Shown: in pieces, positions 23,425 through 32,269 of the stretch
Numbering within the stretch: position 1 is the first letter of the stretch
Layout: each line of letters opens with the position of its first letter
Origin: a virus
Taxonomy: Duplodnaviria > Caudoviricetes
Virus record (IMG/VR): IMGVR_UViG_3300022886_000003
Location: 1-45,226 of that record
DNA: 45,226 bases
Strand: one strand, 5' to 3'
Position numbers and translations under genes: made by a program
The notes under the pieces: generated by a model
The model's database searches: none
What the model saw: only the letters and a program-made list of their open reading frames with translations
Told to the model about the DNA's origin: nothing

Positions 23425-24141
23425 ATGCCCAAGCGGAAAATTGTGAACGAGACCGACGCCTTCGACCGCATGCCAGCGGCACAGTTCACCGCGCCGCCGC
23501 CGAAGCCCAAGCGGAAGAAGCTGAATCCCCGCCAGCGCAAGCGCCTTCGCCAACAGTTAAAGATCGTTCCCGACCAGTGGTACAAGCGCTACATGAACCA
23601 CCTCCGCTCGCAGAAGTGGCGGCTGTTCAAGGTCAACATCCTCGCCGAGCGGGGTACGATGTGCGAACGCTGCGGGAAATTCGGTAAGCAATTAGAACTG
23701 CACCACATCAACTATGCGAGGATGGGCCACGAATTACCCGAGGACGTGAAGCTCTATTGCAGAGACTGTCACACCGACATGCACCGGCACCGATCGTGGA
23801 AGGGCCGAGGCAAGAAACTGATTACGGAGAAGCACATGGCAGAAGAGACCCCGAAATCCCCGGAAAATTCCGGTGAAGCGAAAGAGCATCAGCACGAGTG
23901 GGAGAACCTGGAACCGGGCAAGTGGCGATGCACCATCTGCCAGATAGAGGGCATCGGCCCGGTGAAGTACGCGAAGTGCTTGGTCTGCGGGTATCCGGCC
24001 GCCCTGCACCTCGGCGGCCCCGACTACCACGGCTACCCCTACCTGCCCGTCACGCTCGAGGACGTGGAGATGTGGCGTAAAGCGGGTGACTCCGAGCAAG
24101 CGATCATGAGCCGCATCGCAGCAAGAGGCATGGCCGAATGA
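23425..24141 (+). CDS. HNH endonuclease (CxxC-HH-CxxCH type) with basic N-terminus and C-terminal Zn-finger extension
   Basis: Y..HLRSQKW...CERCG...LELHHINY.R.G.E..EDVKLYCRDCH..H. Confidence 0.8.
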   Translation: MPKRKIVNETDAFDRMPAAQFTAPPPKPKRKKLNPRQRKRLRQQLKIVPDQWYKRYMNHLRSQKWRLFKVNILAERGTMCERCGKFGKQLELHHINYARMGHELPEDVKLYCRDCHTDMHRHRSWKGRGKKLITEKHMAEETPKSPENSGEAKEHQHEWENLEPGKWRCTICQIEGIGPVKYAKCLVCGYPAALHLGGPDYHGYPYLPVTLEDVEMWRKAGDSEQAIMSRIAARGMAE

Positions 24142-24329
24142 ACATCGAGCGGGCATGCGTGATCTGCGAATTCTGGGACGCGAAGACCTCGCACAAGGAC
24201 AAGCGCAACCACGGGCTGTGCCGGGTCAACCCACCGGTCCACGATGGCGGCGACTACCGCGAGTGGAGCTGGCCCGTCACCTACGACGAGGACTGGTGCG
24301 GCCGGTGGACAAAGCGGGAGGAGAAGTGA
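24138..24329 (+). CDS. Small 4-Cys protein
   Basis: CxxCxFW...GLCRVNPP...WP.....WCG.W. Confidence 0.7.
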   Translation: MNIERACVICEFWDAKTSHKDKRNHGLCRVNPPVHDGGDYREWSWPVTYDEDWCGRWTKREEK

Positions 24330-24547
24330 GCGAACCCTGGAAGGCACGCACCGGCACCATCCCTGCCGGCACTACCCTCGACACACTGACCCACGCCCAG
24401 TGGAGAGAAGCCTCGCTCGCCGAGCGCGAAGCCTTCACCCGGCACTGGGCCAGGAATGGCTGGGCGAGCTTCGTCTGCCTGACCTGCGGCATGCCTTCCT
24501 GGCGCGGCGTGGCCTCATGCCCCGCCTGCAAGGAGGAGGAGAAGTGA
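24326..24547 (+). CDS. Small Zn-finger protein
   Basis: GTG after GGAGG; CLTC...CPAC. Confidence 0.65.
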   Translation: MSEPWKARTGTIPAGTTLDTLTHAQWREASLAEREAFTRHWARNGWASFVCLTCGMPSWRGVASCPACKEEEK

Positions 24548-24747
24548 GCGACAAGACCTGCCGTAATTGCAGGTACTGGCACGAGCGCTATGGCGATGCC
24601 GGCCTGTGCCAGCTCAACCCCAGGGTCTGGGCAGGCAGCAGTTGGGATTACCCGATCCAGCAGGACACCGATACCTGCAGCCACTTCCTGCCGCAGCTAG
24701 TGATGCAGCCCGTCGTGAAAGGCAAGGCTAAGCCGAGTGCCGCGTGA
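24544..24747 (+). CDS. Small 4-Cys protein, paralogue of 24138..24329
   Basis: CRNCRYW...GLCQLNP...YP.....TCSHF. Confidence 0.7.
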   Translation: MSDKTCRNCRYWHERYGDAGLCQLNPRVWAGSSWDYPIQQDTDTCSHFLPQLVMQPVVKGKAKPSAA

Positions 24748-24994
24748 TCCCTGGTTCCAGCGCCTGTGGTGGGAGATCTTCCCGCCGCCCATGATCAAGA
24801 TCAAAGTCACCTGCCACTACTTCGACATCGGCGACGAGCACACTAAGCTCAAGATCAACCTGATCGAGGTGACCGTGCGCGGCCCGTTCCCTGCCACACT
24901 ACGGCGCATCGTCAGGCAGGGCGGCATCATCACGCCGCACCAGTTCGTGCCGCTCGCCAAAGTCTTCCTGGTGGAGGAGATCGATGGCCCGTAA
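24737..24994 (+). CDS. Hypothetical protein
   Basis: 85 aa; operon packing. Confidence 0.6.
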   Translation: MPRDPWFQRLWWEIFPPPMIKIKVTCHYFDIGDEHTKLKINLIEVTVRGPFPATLRRIVRQGGIITPHQFVPLAKVFLVEEIDGP

Positions 24995-26207
24995 CTTCTC
25001 GAGCTGGATACGCAGCTACCTCGAGTACTGTGAATTCTCGGAGCCGCCGGAAATTTTCTCGTACTGGGTGGCGATTTCCACCATAGCTGGAGCCTTGCAG
25101 GGGAAGTGCTTTATCGACATGGGAACTTTTGAGTGGACTCCCCACTGTTATATTCTCCTGATCGGCCCGTCAGGCAGCGGTAAAACTACGGCGATAAATG
25201 CGGGCATGCGGCTGCTGCGGAAAGTGAAAGGCGTGCGCATGGGGAGCGAGTCCATCACTTGGCAAGCCGTAATTGACGAACTCGGCGACGCGGCAGCCGG
25301 AGGCACAGGTATACGTGCAAGGGGTGGGATACGGAAGCACTCCTCGGTCACCTACGGATTGGGGGAGTTGGGTACCTTCCTCGATCCCAGAGATAAAAAG
25401 CTGATGGCCGAACTGACCCAGTTGTGGTCTGGAGACGGCAGCGATGAATTCAAGCGGAGAACCCGGCGCGACGGCGGGCGCATCATCGAAAGACCACACC
25501 TCAACCTGATCGCAGGAGCGACACCAGCGTGGGTTTCAGAGAACCTGCCTCCGTCTCTCATTAGCACCGGGTTCACCAGCCGGTGCATTTTAGTCTTTGC
25601 GGAATCCAAGAAGACTTTGGTGCCCTACCCAAAGCGGGCTGCCGAGCAGGGCCGCGGCTACGTGCCAGACATGGCATCCAAACTCATTGAGGATCTGGAG
25701 AAGATCGCTCTGCTCAAAGGTGAGTTCACACTGTCCGAGCAGGCGTATGCCCTCGGCACGGATTGGTACATGCAATTTTCTAAACAGCCACCGGTGGGAT
25801 TATCCCCCGACACGTTCGGTGGCTACCTTCAGCGTCGACAAGCCCACGCTCACAAAATTTCTATGGCCATCTCTGCGGCGCAGGGAGACTCGATGATCAT
25901 TGAGGCCAAGCATCTCGAAGAAGCCATCACGATTTTGAGTTCAACCGAGAAAGCCATGCCGGAAGCCCTGGCAGGAGTGAACGATGAACTGCGGCCGGCG
26001 CTCCGCGTGGAGGAAACGCTCAGGAAGTATGGATCAGTACCGACGGTCGAGCTTTACCAGAGATTCCGAAGCAAGATGGACTGGCGTTCCTTTTGTGGAA
26101 TTCTGAAGAACCTGGAAGATGCCGGCTTGGTCGCTGAAGTAACGACCCAACATGGTAAAGCCGTTCGTTGGTTAGGTGCGGCACCCAAGGACAGCCTCCC
26201 CAGTTGA
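24984..26207 (+). CDS. DUF3987/YfjI-type P-loop ATPase, putative replicative helicase
   Basis: SEPP.IF..W.A.STIAGAL; Walker A GPSGSGKTT; ELGTFL; GFTSR arginine finger; C-terminal wHTH. Confidence 0.75.
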   Translation: MARNFSSWIRSYLEYCEFSEPPEIFSYWVAISTIAGALQGKCFIDMGTFEWTPHCYILLIGPSGSGKTTAINAGMRLLRKVKGVRMGSESITWQAVIDELGDAAAGGTGIRARGGIRKHSSVTYGLGELGTFLDPRDKKLMAELTQLWSGDGSDEFKRRTRRDGGRIIERPHLNLIAGATPAWVSENLPPSLISTGFTSRCILVFAESKKTLVPYPKRAAEQGRGYVPDMASKLIEDLEKIALLKGEFTLSEQAYALGTDWYMQFSKQPPVGLSPDTFGGYLQRRQAHAHKISMAISAAQGDSMIIEAKHLEEAITILSSTEKAMPEALAGVNDELRPALRVEETLRKYGSVPTVELYQRFRSKMDWRSFCGILKNLEDAGLVAEVTTQHGKAVRWLGAAPKDSLPS

Positions 26208-26209
26208 TG

Positions 26210-26737
26210 CTAGATGTGCTTCCATTTCTTTCGATTGATGATGTAGAAAATTGTCGGCGTGGCAACCTCGAACATGAAGGCAATATCGCGCTGCAACCAG
26301 CCACCGGCGTAGAGTTCTCTGATCGCCAGAACGTCACCTTCCGTTAACTTGGAGTGGTTCTTTTCGCCTCGCTTCAAAAGTTCCGGGTGTGTTCGGTAGA
26401 GATGTTCGTCTTTCCATTTCATGCGTCCCTTGAGGGAAGCGTCGTGCATGTTGTCCTTCGAGGTACCGAGGAACAGATGGGCCGGGTTCTGACAGGCGGG
26501 TCGATCACATTTGTGACAGACGTGGAGAGCACCGGGGTCTACACCATAGCTGAGGAAGTAGGCCACTCGATGCGCAAGCATGTCGAATGCTCCAACACTG
26601 AACGATCCATACCCTGAATCATTCAACGCGCCCTTCCACAACCAGCATTCATCAGGACCACGCTTGTCTAATCTCGACCAATAACGGACGATGTTCTTCT
26701 CGGTAAAAGCAGGCAGTCTACAATCTCTCTTAGCCAT
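26210..26737 (-). CDS. HNH endonuclease 5
   Basis: ECWLWKG..SGYGSF; AHRVAYFL; VCHKCDRPACQNPAHLFLGTSKDNMHD; HTH; WKHI. Confidence 0.92.
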   Translation of the reverse strand: MAKRDCRLPAFTEKNIVRYWSRLDKRGPDECWLWKGALNDSGYGSFSVGAFDMLAHRVAYFLSYGVDPGALHVCHKCDRPACQNPAHLFLGTSKDNMHDASLKGRMKWKDEHLYRTHPELLKRGEKNHSKLTEGDVLAIRELYAGGWLQRDIAFMFEVATPTIFYIINRKKWKHI

Positions 26738-26806
26738 GCGATCTCTACTCCAGGTCGTAAGGTCAGGGCCGTCTCGATGCGACTAACATCGTGGCGGCTC
26801 GATTGA
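26731..26806 (+). ncRNA. Putative cis-antisense RNA to HNH-5 leader
   Basis: -10 TACAAT 26719-24; hairpins CGATCT/AGGTCG and GGGCCG..CGATG/CATCG..CGGCTC; opposing TGaCATAAT (26806-11). Confidence 0.6.
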
Positions 26807-26830
26807 TTATGTCATGGACTCGCTGCCGAG

Positions 26831-29800
26831 TTAAGGCTGCGGTGCAGGCGCAGGCTGGTACGGACCCATGCGCTGTTGGTTCACATCCCACCACTGGCGC
26901 GGGCCGAAGTTGCCCTCCTCGTTGCGCTGCTGGTTCCGCTCCCGCGTCAGGTAATTCCGGTGGAACTGGCCGAGATAGCGGTGAATGCCCTCGGGCAGGA
27001 CGGTGTCGTTCATCTTCTCGATCTCCGCATGGACCTTCGTGATCGCGTCTTCGTCTCCAGAATCGTGCGCGGTATTGTAGTCCCGCTGCAGGTTGTCGAG
27101 GAGCTTCTGGTAGTAGCGTTGATGTTCCTTCGCCGCCCAGTTCCCCTCCTTCGCCAGCGTCGCGCGCTTCGACGGCAGACCCGCCGCCATGCCCACCATC
27201 TCGAGGAGGTCTCTCGGATTGGCCGGGTCCATCTTCAAAACCATATTGCCCTGCGCGTCCTTGACGCCGCCCTCCTCGTAGGCGTTCTGGGCTTCTAACA
27301 ACTGGCCGAGGAACTTGGGCGTAAAAGCTTTCCAGAACCGGAGCGAGTCGGGGCTGTCCTCGACGAGTGTCTTCATGGTGTCGAGGCCCGTCGACGCCCC
27401 CACGCCGAACAGATCCCGAACCTCCCTTTCGAGGAAGGTCTTGTAGTCGACCGTGCCATGAGCCAAGTCCATCGCGGGATCGACGAAGGGCAGCACCCGC
27501 CCTTGCCCGACCGATCCGCTCACGTCGGGGAATCCAGGGATCGGCATCCCGCCCGAGATGCCCTCGAGCAGTAACTCGGTGGGGATCTGGCCGAGCACCC
27601 TGGTCGAGAACTCGCGGATGTCGTGCTTGATGTCGACGTGCGGATCTTTGAAGCCGAAGAACTTCTTGGCCCAGGAGCCGAGCCAGTCGATGAACTTGAA
27701 GATGTGCTCGGCGCCCATCGCTCCCTGCAGTCCCGACATGACGAGGTGCGCCAGCCACAGCCGCCTCCCGTACTTAGTCATCGTCTGCAGGTACGCATTG
27801 TTCATCGTGTAACTTTTGAACATCATCGCGTTCGGGAATGTCCGCTGCGCCCACGATTTATTGCTGGCGGCGTTGTAGCCCTGCGAGAGTTTCACCACCT
27901 TCACGGCTCCCGTGTAGGGATCGGGATGGCCGGCGGCTTCGAGGGCGCGGAAGGAGGAGAGGAACGCCACCTGCCGGTTGTACTCTTCGCTCATCTGGTG
28001 AGCCGTGAGACCCGCCTCAGTCAGCTTCTGGAAAGCTTCGTCAAAGCCACGGCCGGCGGCTTCCCCCTTGAGGCCCACCGCTTCGCCGCCCATGCGCTCG
28101 GCGAGAGAAGACCGGGCATGCGAGGCCATGTTGGCGGCCTGCGTATCGCCGAGGATGCCCTCACTCTTGGCCCTCTCCATCGCTTCCCACTCGTGCGGCT
28201 TGATCTTGCCGGTGTACACGTACTGGTCCGGCGCGCCCGTGGCTTTGTTCTTGACCTTCTGGTAGACCCGCGTCGTATAGGCACGGCCCACATCCTTCAT
28301 CGCTAGGAGCACTTGCTTGGTGGCCTCGGCCGTCCCCACGGTTTTAGTTATTTCCACGGTTCCGCTGGGAACCTCTTGCTTGATCACGATCTCTTGCTGG
28401 CTCAGGATCGGAGCGGTGATCATCGACTGGGTGAGGTTCACGAGAACCTGCTTGGGGTTGAAGATGAAGTACCACGCATTGACGCCCCCAGCGGCGGCGA
28501 GGCCGCGCACCTTAGGGTTGAGCATGCCGACATTGGCCTCCTGCATGACCTTGAGAAGTTGCTGAATCCGGATGATGTCGGTGCCGGTGATATTCCCGAC
28601 GTCGCGCCCGAGATTCTCGATGGCTTCTTTGGCATCGCGCACGGCTTGCTGCAGGTTATGGCTCTCCTGGGTATCGCCCATGTGCCTGGCGTGCGACTGG
28701 GCGTAAGCAGCGAGCGAGCGCAGGCCGTCGGTGCTGAACCCGGCGGTGCCCTTGGCACGCTTCAGGTGCTGGAGGAAGGAGTTGTCGGTGATCCGGTCGC
28801 CCACCATCTTGCCCAACTCCGCACGCTGGTCTGCGTCGAGCTTGAGCTCGTCGGCGAGCCGGGCGGCCATGTCGGGCGGGAGACTGGCGAGGTTCTGGAT
28901 TTCCGGACTCAGCTTTTCGCTGACGACGACGTTGGCAATCTGACCGTCGGCCCGGTACTCAGCCTCGATCTGTGCCTTGGCTTGACGGGCAGCCTTCGCG
29001 GTTTCAAAGTGCGCCTGCTGATCGATCTTCGTTCCCTTCTTGTAGCGCGGATCACTGGTCGGTATGTACGCCGAAACCATGTAGTTGCCGAATCTTTTCA
29101 GCGGGAAAAAATGTCGCTCTGCCTGCTCGTTGAACTGCTCGTTGGTCTTGGCGATGGCCTTGCCAAGCGCAACCGGATCTTCGATGGTGGCCTGGAGCTT
29201 CCGGATCTGAGCCACTCGCAGACCTTCGAGCGACTCGCGGAAATAAGCCTGCATCTGCTGGTAGACGGTGAAGCTCTTCTCATCTACGCCCTTGGACTGG
29301 GCGAGCTGCGCCAGTTCCTGATCGGTAAGGGCGCGTTCCATCTTGATTTCCCACAACCTGACATCGAAGGCGAACTGGAAGAAGGTCTTCGTCCTCACCT
29401 TGCCGAGACCGACGATGGCCTGGTAGACCTTGCCGCCTTTGTTCTGCCACTGGGTGATGGCCGTATCCCGGCGGGCCTGCGCTGCGATCTGATCCTGGAT
29501 GGGCTGGAAGTCCGGGTAGAGTTGGGCCGCCTGAAAAAGCTGGAGGCCGCGCCGTTTGACCCAGCCGAAACTCCTCGTCGCCCACTCGAGGCGCTGTCGC
29601 GTGGTTGCCTCCGGGTCTTGGGCATCGCCGAACTGCGTCGGATCTACGGGGGGAGGCAGCGGGGGGGGCTCCGCGGAAACTTGCGCTGGCTGGCCCGTAG
29701 GCGAGCCGGTGGGCTGGGTGGCTGTGACGGACGGCGGAACGGCAGCGAACGCTCCTGGGGCCGTTTGCGGGCCAGCAGCGGTGGTTCCTGGGGGAGGCGG

Positions 29801-32269
29801 CTCCTTCGAGAGCACCTGCGCCTGGCGGACCACGTCGAGCGCCTGCGGCCGGTACTGCTCGCCGTATTTGGCAACGAGCCTCTCGATGGCCTTCTTCGCG
29901 GTGACCACTCCGTGGCGGATGTCGTCGGCGATAATCACCACCATGTCGCTGACCCACTGAGGATTGGCGAAGGGATTGGAGTAGAGCGAACCACCGCTCT
30001 TGGCTTGCCGCTCCTTCGCGGCTGCCACCCGCGCCTCCCAAGCCGTGGGCTTCGGAGTAGGTGGTTCCCCGGCAGCAGTGAGAACTTTGTCAGCGAGCAC
30101 TTCGCCACTGTCCACGGTGCGCATCCCTTCCGGGGTCTGGATCACCATGTCGCCGGCGGGAGGCGCTGTCGGCGTGGGAGGTGCCGGTGTCCCCGGCATA
30201 GTCACCTGCTGCCTGAACGGAGCCACGGCGGGAGGCGGCGCTATCGCTGCTGCCGTAGCGGTGGGAGCAGCACTAGGCTGCGGAGCCGGAGAGAGCCGCT
30301 GCGGGCCAAGCGAAAGCGCAGGTGGCGGAGGAGTCTGCTGAGGCGGAGGCGGGATAAGCGGCTGAGGAGCTTGCGACACCACGGCAGGCTCTGACACGAC
30401 CGGCGGAGGAGGCGGGGGGGCGGGTTGCTGATGCGATTTCTCCAACTCCTTCGCCCAAACGAGCAGATCGGTTCTCGACGGTACGGGGTCCGGTCCCGGC
30501 GCACTCCGCCTCGGCCACACCTCGATCAACTGCTCCCGGATCACCACGGCGCGCGGGTCTTCCGACCCCAGCCATTCCCACAGAAGCTCGTGAACTCTCG
30601 GGTCATTCGGATGCACCGGATCCCGCGGTGTGGACACTATTCGGCTCACCTCTTCCCGCGCTTCGCCGAGCAACTCCGCGGCCGGATCTCCGAGACGCGA
30701 TTCCTGCGGCGTCACGGTGGCCCGCCGCGCTCCCTGGTTCGCCCTCATGAGAACCTGCGCCGACTGCTCGGCAGGACTCATCGGGCCGGCGGGCGGCGTC
30801 TGCCTCGGACCCATTAACCCGAAGGCTTCGGCGGATTCGCGAGCCGGGAAGGGAACCGGCGTGCGGATGTCCTTCTGCACCACACCCTCGGCGGGCACTG
30901 GTTCGTAAGGCGGGCGTACCGCCGGTCCCTGAATGGGAGGCTGTGTCGGCGTGGGGACTCTCGAGGCGTATGGTCCGGTGGGTGTCGGCGGTGCGCCCTG
31001 AAACTGCGGAGCGTTGGTGCCCTCGAGCTTGGGTACAGCGGTGAGCGGTGGGCCTGCCCGCGGCGCGGTGGGTGTGGGAATCCTGCTGGCGAAGGGACCG
31101 GTGGGAGTGGGAGGCGCAGCCTGGAACGCAGGCGCATTTGTACCGGCCATCCTCGGTACTACGGGCGCAGGCGGAACCTCCGTCACACCTGGAGGGAGCG
31201 GTGGTACGGCTGCAGGCGGTGGCGTAGGAGCCTTACCGGGATGAAACGCCACATGCGCCGCGCCGCCGAGGAACAAGCCGGCCAGGAAGTTCTCCATCAG
31301 CCGCCAGAACACGTCATCCTGCGGGATGTCGTAGAACTTCTCGTGCAGGATGGCGAGGATCTCCTGCACCAGTTCGGTGCCGCCTTCGGCCCCCGCCGTC
31401 GAGAGCAGTCCCTTGGTGATGCCTTTGACTGCGAGCCACGGTCCGAGCGCATCGAGAGCGGATTGGAGACCACCCACGAAAAAGGAGGAACCAGGCGTAT
31501 CGACGCCCTTCTTGAGGTTCTCGTTGTAGCGTGCGCCGACTTGGGTGAGACCGCTCATCAGGAGGCCGCCGACAGGACCGCCGAGGAGCGTGCCCGCAAT
31601 GGTGAGACCGTATTGCGGAACCTGCTCCCCCACTAACTGCGCGGCCGTAGCCGGCAAAGTCGAGAGCGTCACGTCCTTGAGCGGAGTCCTCTGCTTGAAC
31701 TTGTCGTAAGCGGCCTGCTGCTCGGCGTTGAGGGGACTCCAGTCCTTGGCTCTGCCGATGGCCTTCGAGACGGCGTGGGTGTCGCCCTGCGGCTCGCCAT
31801 ACAGGACACGGTTGAAGGCAACGTCAGCGTTCTCCTTCAACCTGGCTCCGGCTTGTGCTGTGCCGAGGACATTCTCGTAGGCGGTTCCGACGCTTCCCAC
31901 TGCGCCCTTGATGAACGGTGCCGTGATCCCCAGCGGATCAAACGTTCTCTTGGCTGTATCCAGCACGATGTCGGTGTAGGATGGCGCACCGGCGGCCGGA
32001 ACCGCCGATGTTGCAACCGCCACCGGTTTGACCGGTGATACCGCCGTTTGCGGCGGAGCTTGGAAACCTGAGGTTGTCTGAGTCTGCTGCGGAAGTCCCG
32101 CAGCTTGAACCTCGAAAACCCCCGGCGGCAGCGGAGGCAGCGAAGATGGAGTAGGCGAACCGACCGTGACACTTCCAGCAGCAGGAGCGCCTGCCTGTAC
32201 CTCGAATACTCCAGGCGGAAGCGGTGGCAGACCGCTGCTTACTGAGTTGCCGGTACGTACCTGAGCCAT
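26831..32269 (-). CDS. Large internal virion/ejection protein with PLxRFG domain
   Basis: 1812 aa; last gene of the virion operon; HFFPLKRFGNY; Pro-rich N-terminal half. Confidence 0.85.
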   Translation of the reverse strand: MAQVRTGNSVSSGLPPLPPGVFEVQAGAPAAGSVTVGSPTPSSLPPLPPGVFEVQAAGLPQQTQTTSGFQAPPQTAVSPVKPVAVATSAVPAAGAPSYTDIVLDTAKRTFDPLGITAPFIKGAVGSVGTAYENVLGTAQAGARLKENADVAFNRVLYGEPQGDTHAVSKAIGRAKDWSPLNAEQQAAYDKFKQRTPLKDVTLSTLPATAAQLVGEQVPQYGLTIAGTLLGGPVGGLLMSGLTQVGARYNENLKKGVDTPGSSFFVGGLQSALDALGPWLAVKGITKGLLSTAGAEGGTELVQEILAILHEKFYDIPQDDVFWRLMENFLAGLFLGGAAHVAFHPGKAPTPPPAAVPPLPPGVTEVPPAPVVPRMAGTNAPAFQAAPPTPTGPFASRIPTPTAPRAGPPLTAVPKLEGTNAPQFQGAPPTPTGPYASRVPTPTQPPIQGPAVRPPYEPVPAEGVVQKDIRTPVPFPARESAEAFGLMGPRQTPPAGPMSPAEQSAQVLMRANQGARRATVTPQESRLGDPAAELLGEAREEVSRIVSTPRDPVHPNDPRVHELLWEWLGSEDPRAVVIREQLIEVWPRRSAPGPDPVPSRTDLLVWAKELEKSHQQPAPPPPPPVVSEPAVVSQAPQPLIPPPPQQTPPPPALSLGPQRLSPAPQPSAAPTATAAAIAPPPAVAPFRQQVTMPGTPAPPTPTAPPAGDMVIQTPEGMRTVDSGEVLADKVLTAAGEPPTPKPTAWEARVAAAKERQAKSGGSLYSNPFANPQWVSDMVVIIADDIRHGVVTAKKAIERLVAKYGEQYRPQALDVVRQAQVLSKEPPPPGTTAAGPQTAPGAFAAVPPSVTATQPTGSPTGQPAQVSAEPPPLPPPVDPTQFGDAQDPEATTRQRLEWATRSFGWVKRRGLQLFQAAQLYPDFQPIQDQIAAQARRDTAITQWQNKGGKVYQAIVGLGKVRTKTFFQFAFDVRLWEIKMERALTDQELAQLAQSKGVDEKSFTVYQQMQAYFRESLEGLRVAQIRKLQATIEDPVALGKAIAKTNEQFNEQAERHFFPLKRFGNYMVSAYIPTSDPRYKKGTKIDQQAHFETAKAARQAKAQIEAEYRADGQIANVVVSEKLSPEIQNLASLPPDMAARLADELKLDADQRAELGKMVGDRITDNSFLQHLKRAKGTAGFSTDGLRSLAAYAQSHARHMGDTQESHNLQQAVRDAKEAIENLGRDVGNITGTDIIRIQQLLKVMQEANVGMLNPKVRGLAAAGGVNAWYFIFNPKQVLVNLTQSMITAPILSQQEIVIKQEVPSGTVEITKTVGTAEATKQVLLAMKDVGRAYTTRVYQKVKNKATGAPDQYVYTGKIKPHEWEAMERAKSEGILGDTQAANMASHARSSLAERMGGEAVGLKGEAAGRGFDEAFQKLTEAGLTAHQMSEEYNRQVAFLSSFRALEAAGHPDPYTGAVKVVKLSQGYNAASNKSWAQRTFPNAMMFKSYTMNNAYLQTMTKYGRRLWLAHLVMSGLQGAMGAEHIFKFIDWLGSWAKKFFGFKDPHVDIKHDIREFSTRVLGQIPTELLLEGISGGMPIPGFPDVSGSVGQGRVLPFVDPAMDLAHGTVDYKTFLEREVRDLFGVGASTGLDTMKTLVEDSPDSLRFWKAFTPKFLGQLLEAQNAYEEGGVKDAQGNMVLKMDPANPRDLLEMVGMAAGLPSKRATLAKEGNWAAKEHQRYYQKLLDNLQRDYNTAHDSGDEDAITKVHAEIEKMNDTVLPEGIHRYLGQFHRNYLTRERNQQRNEEGNFGPRQWWDVNQQRMGPYQPAPAPQP

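Noticed and set aside
28313-30394. 693-aa plus-strand ORF and other long shadow ORFs (e.g. 41854..43143, 18154..19323, 13241..14200, 437..1114)
   Set aside because: They are antisense to well-supported genes in GC-rich DNA, have no RBS or recognisable motifs, and are typical shadows of codon bias.
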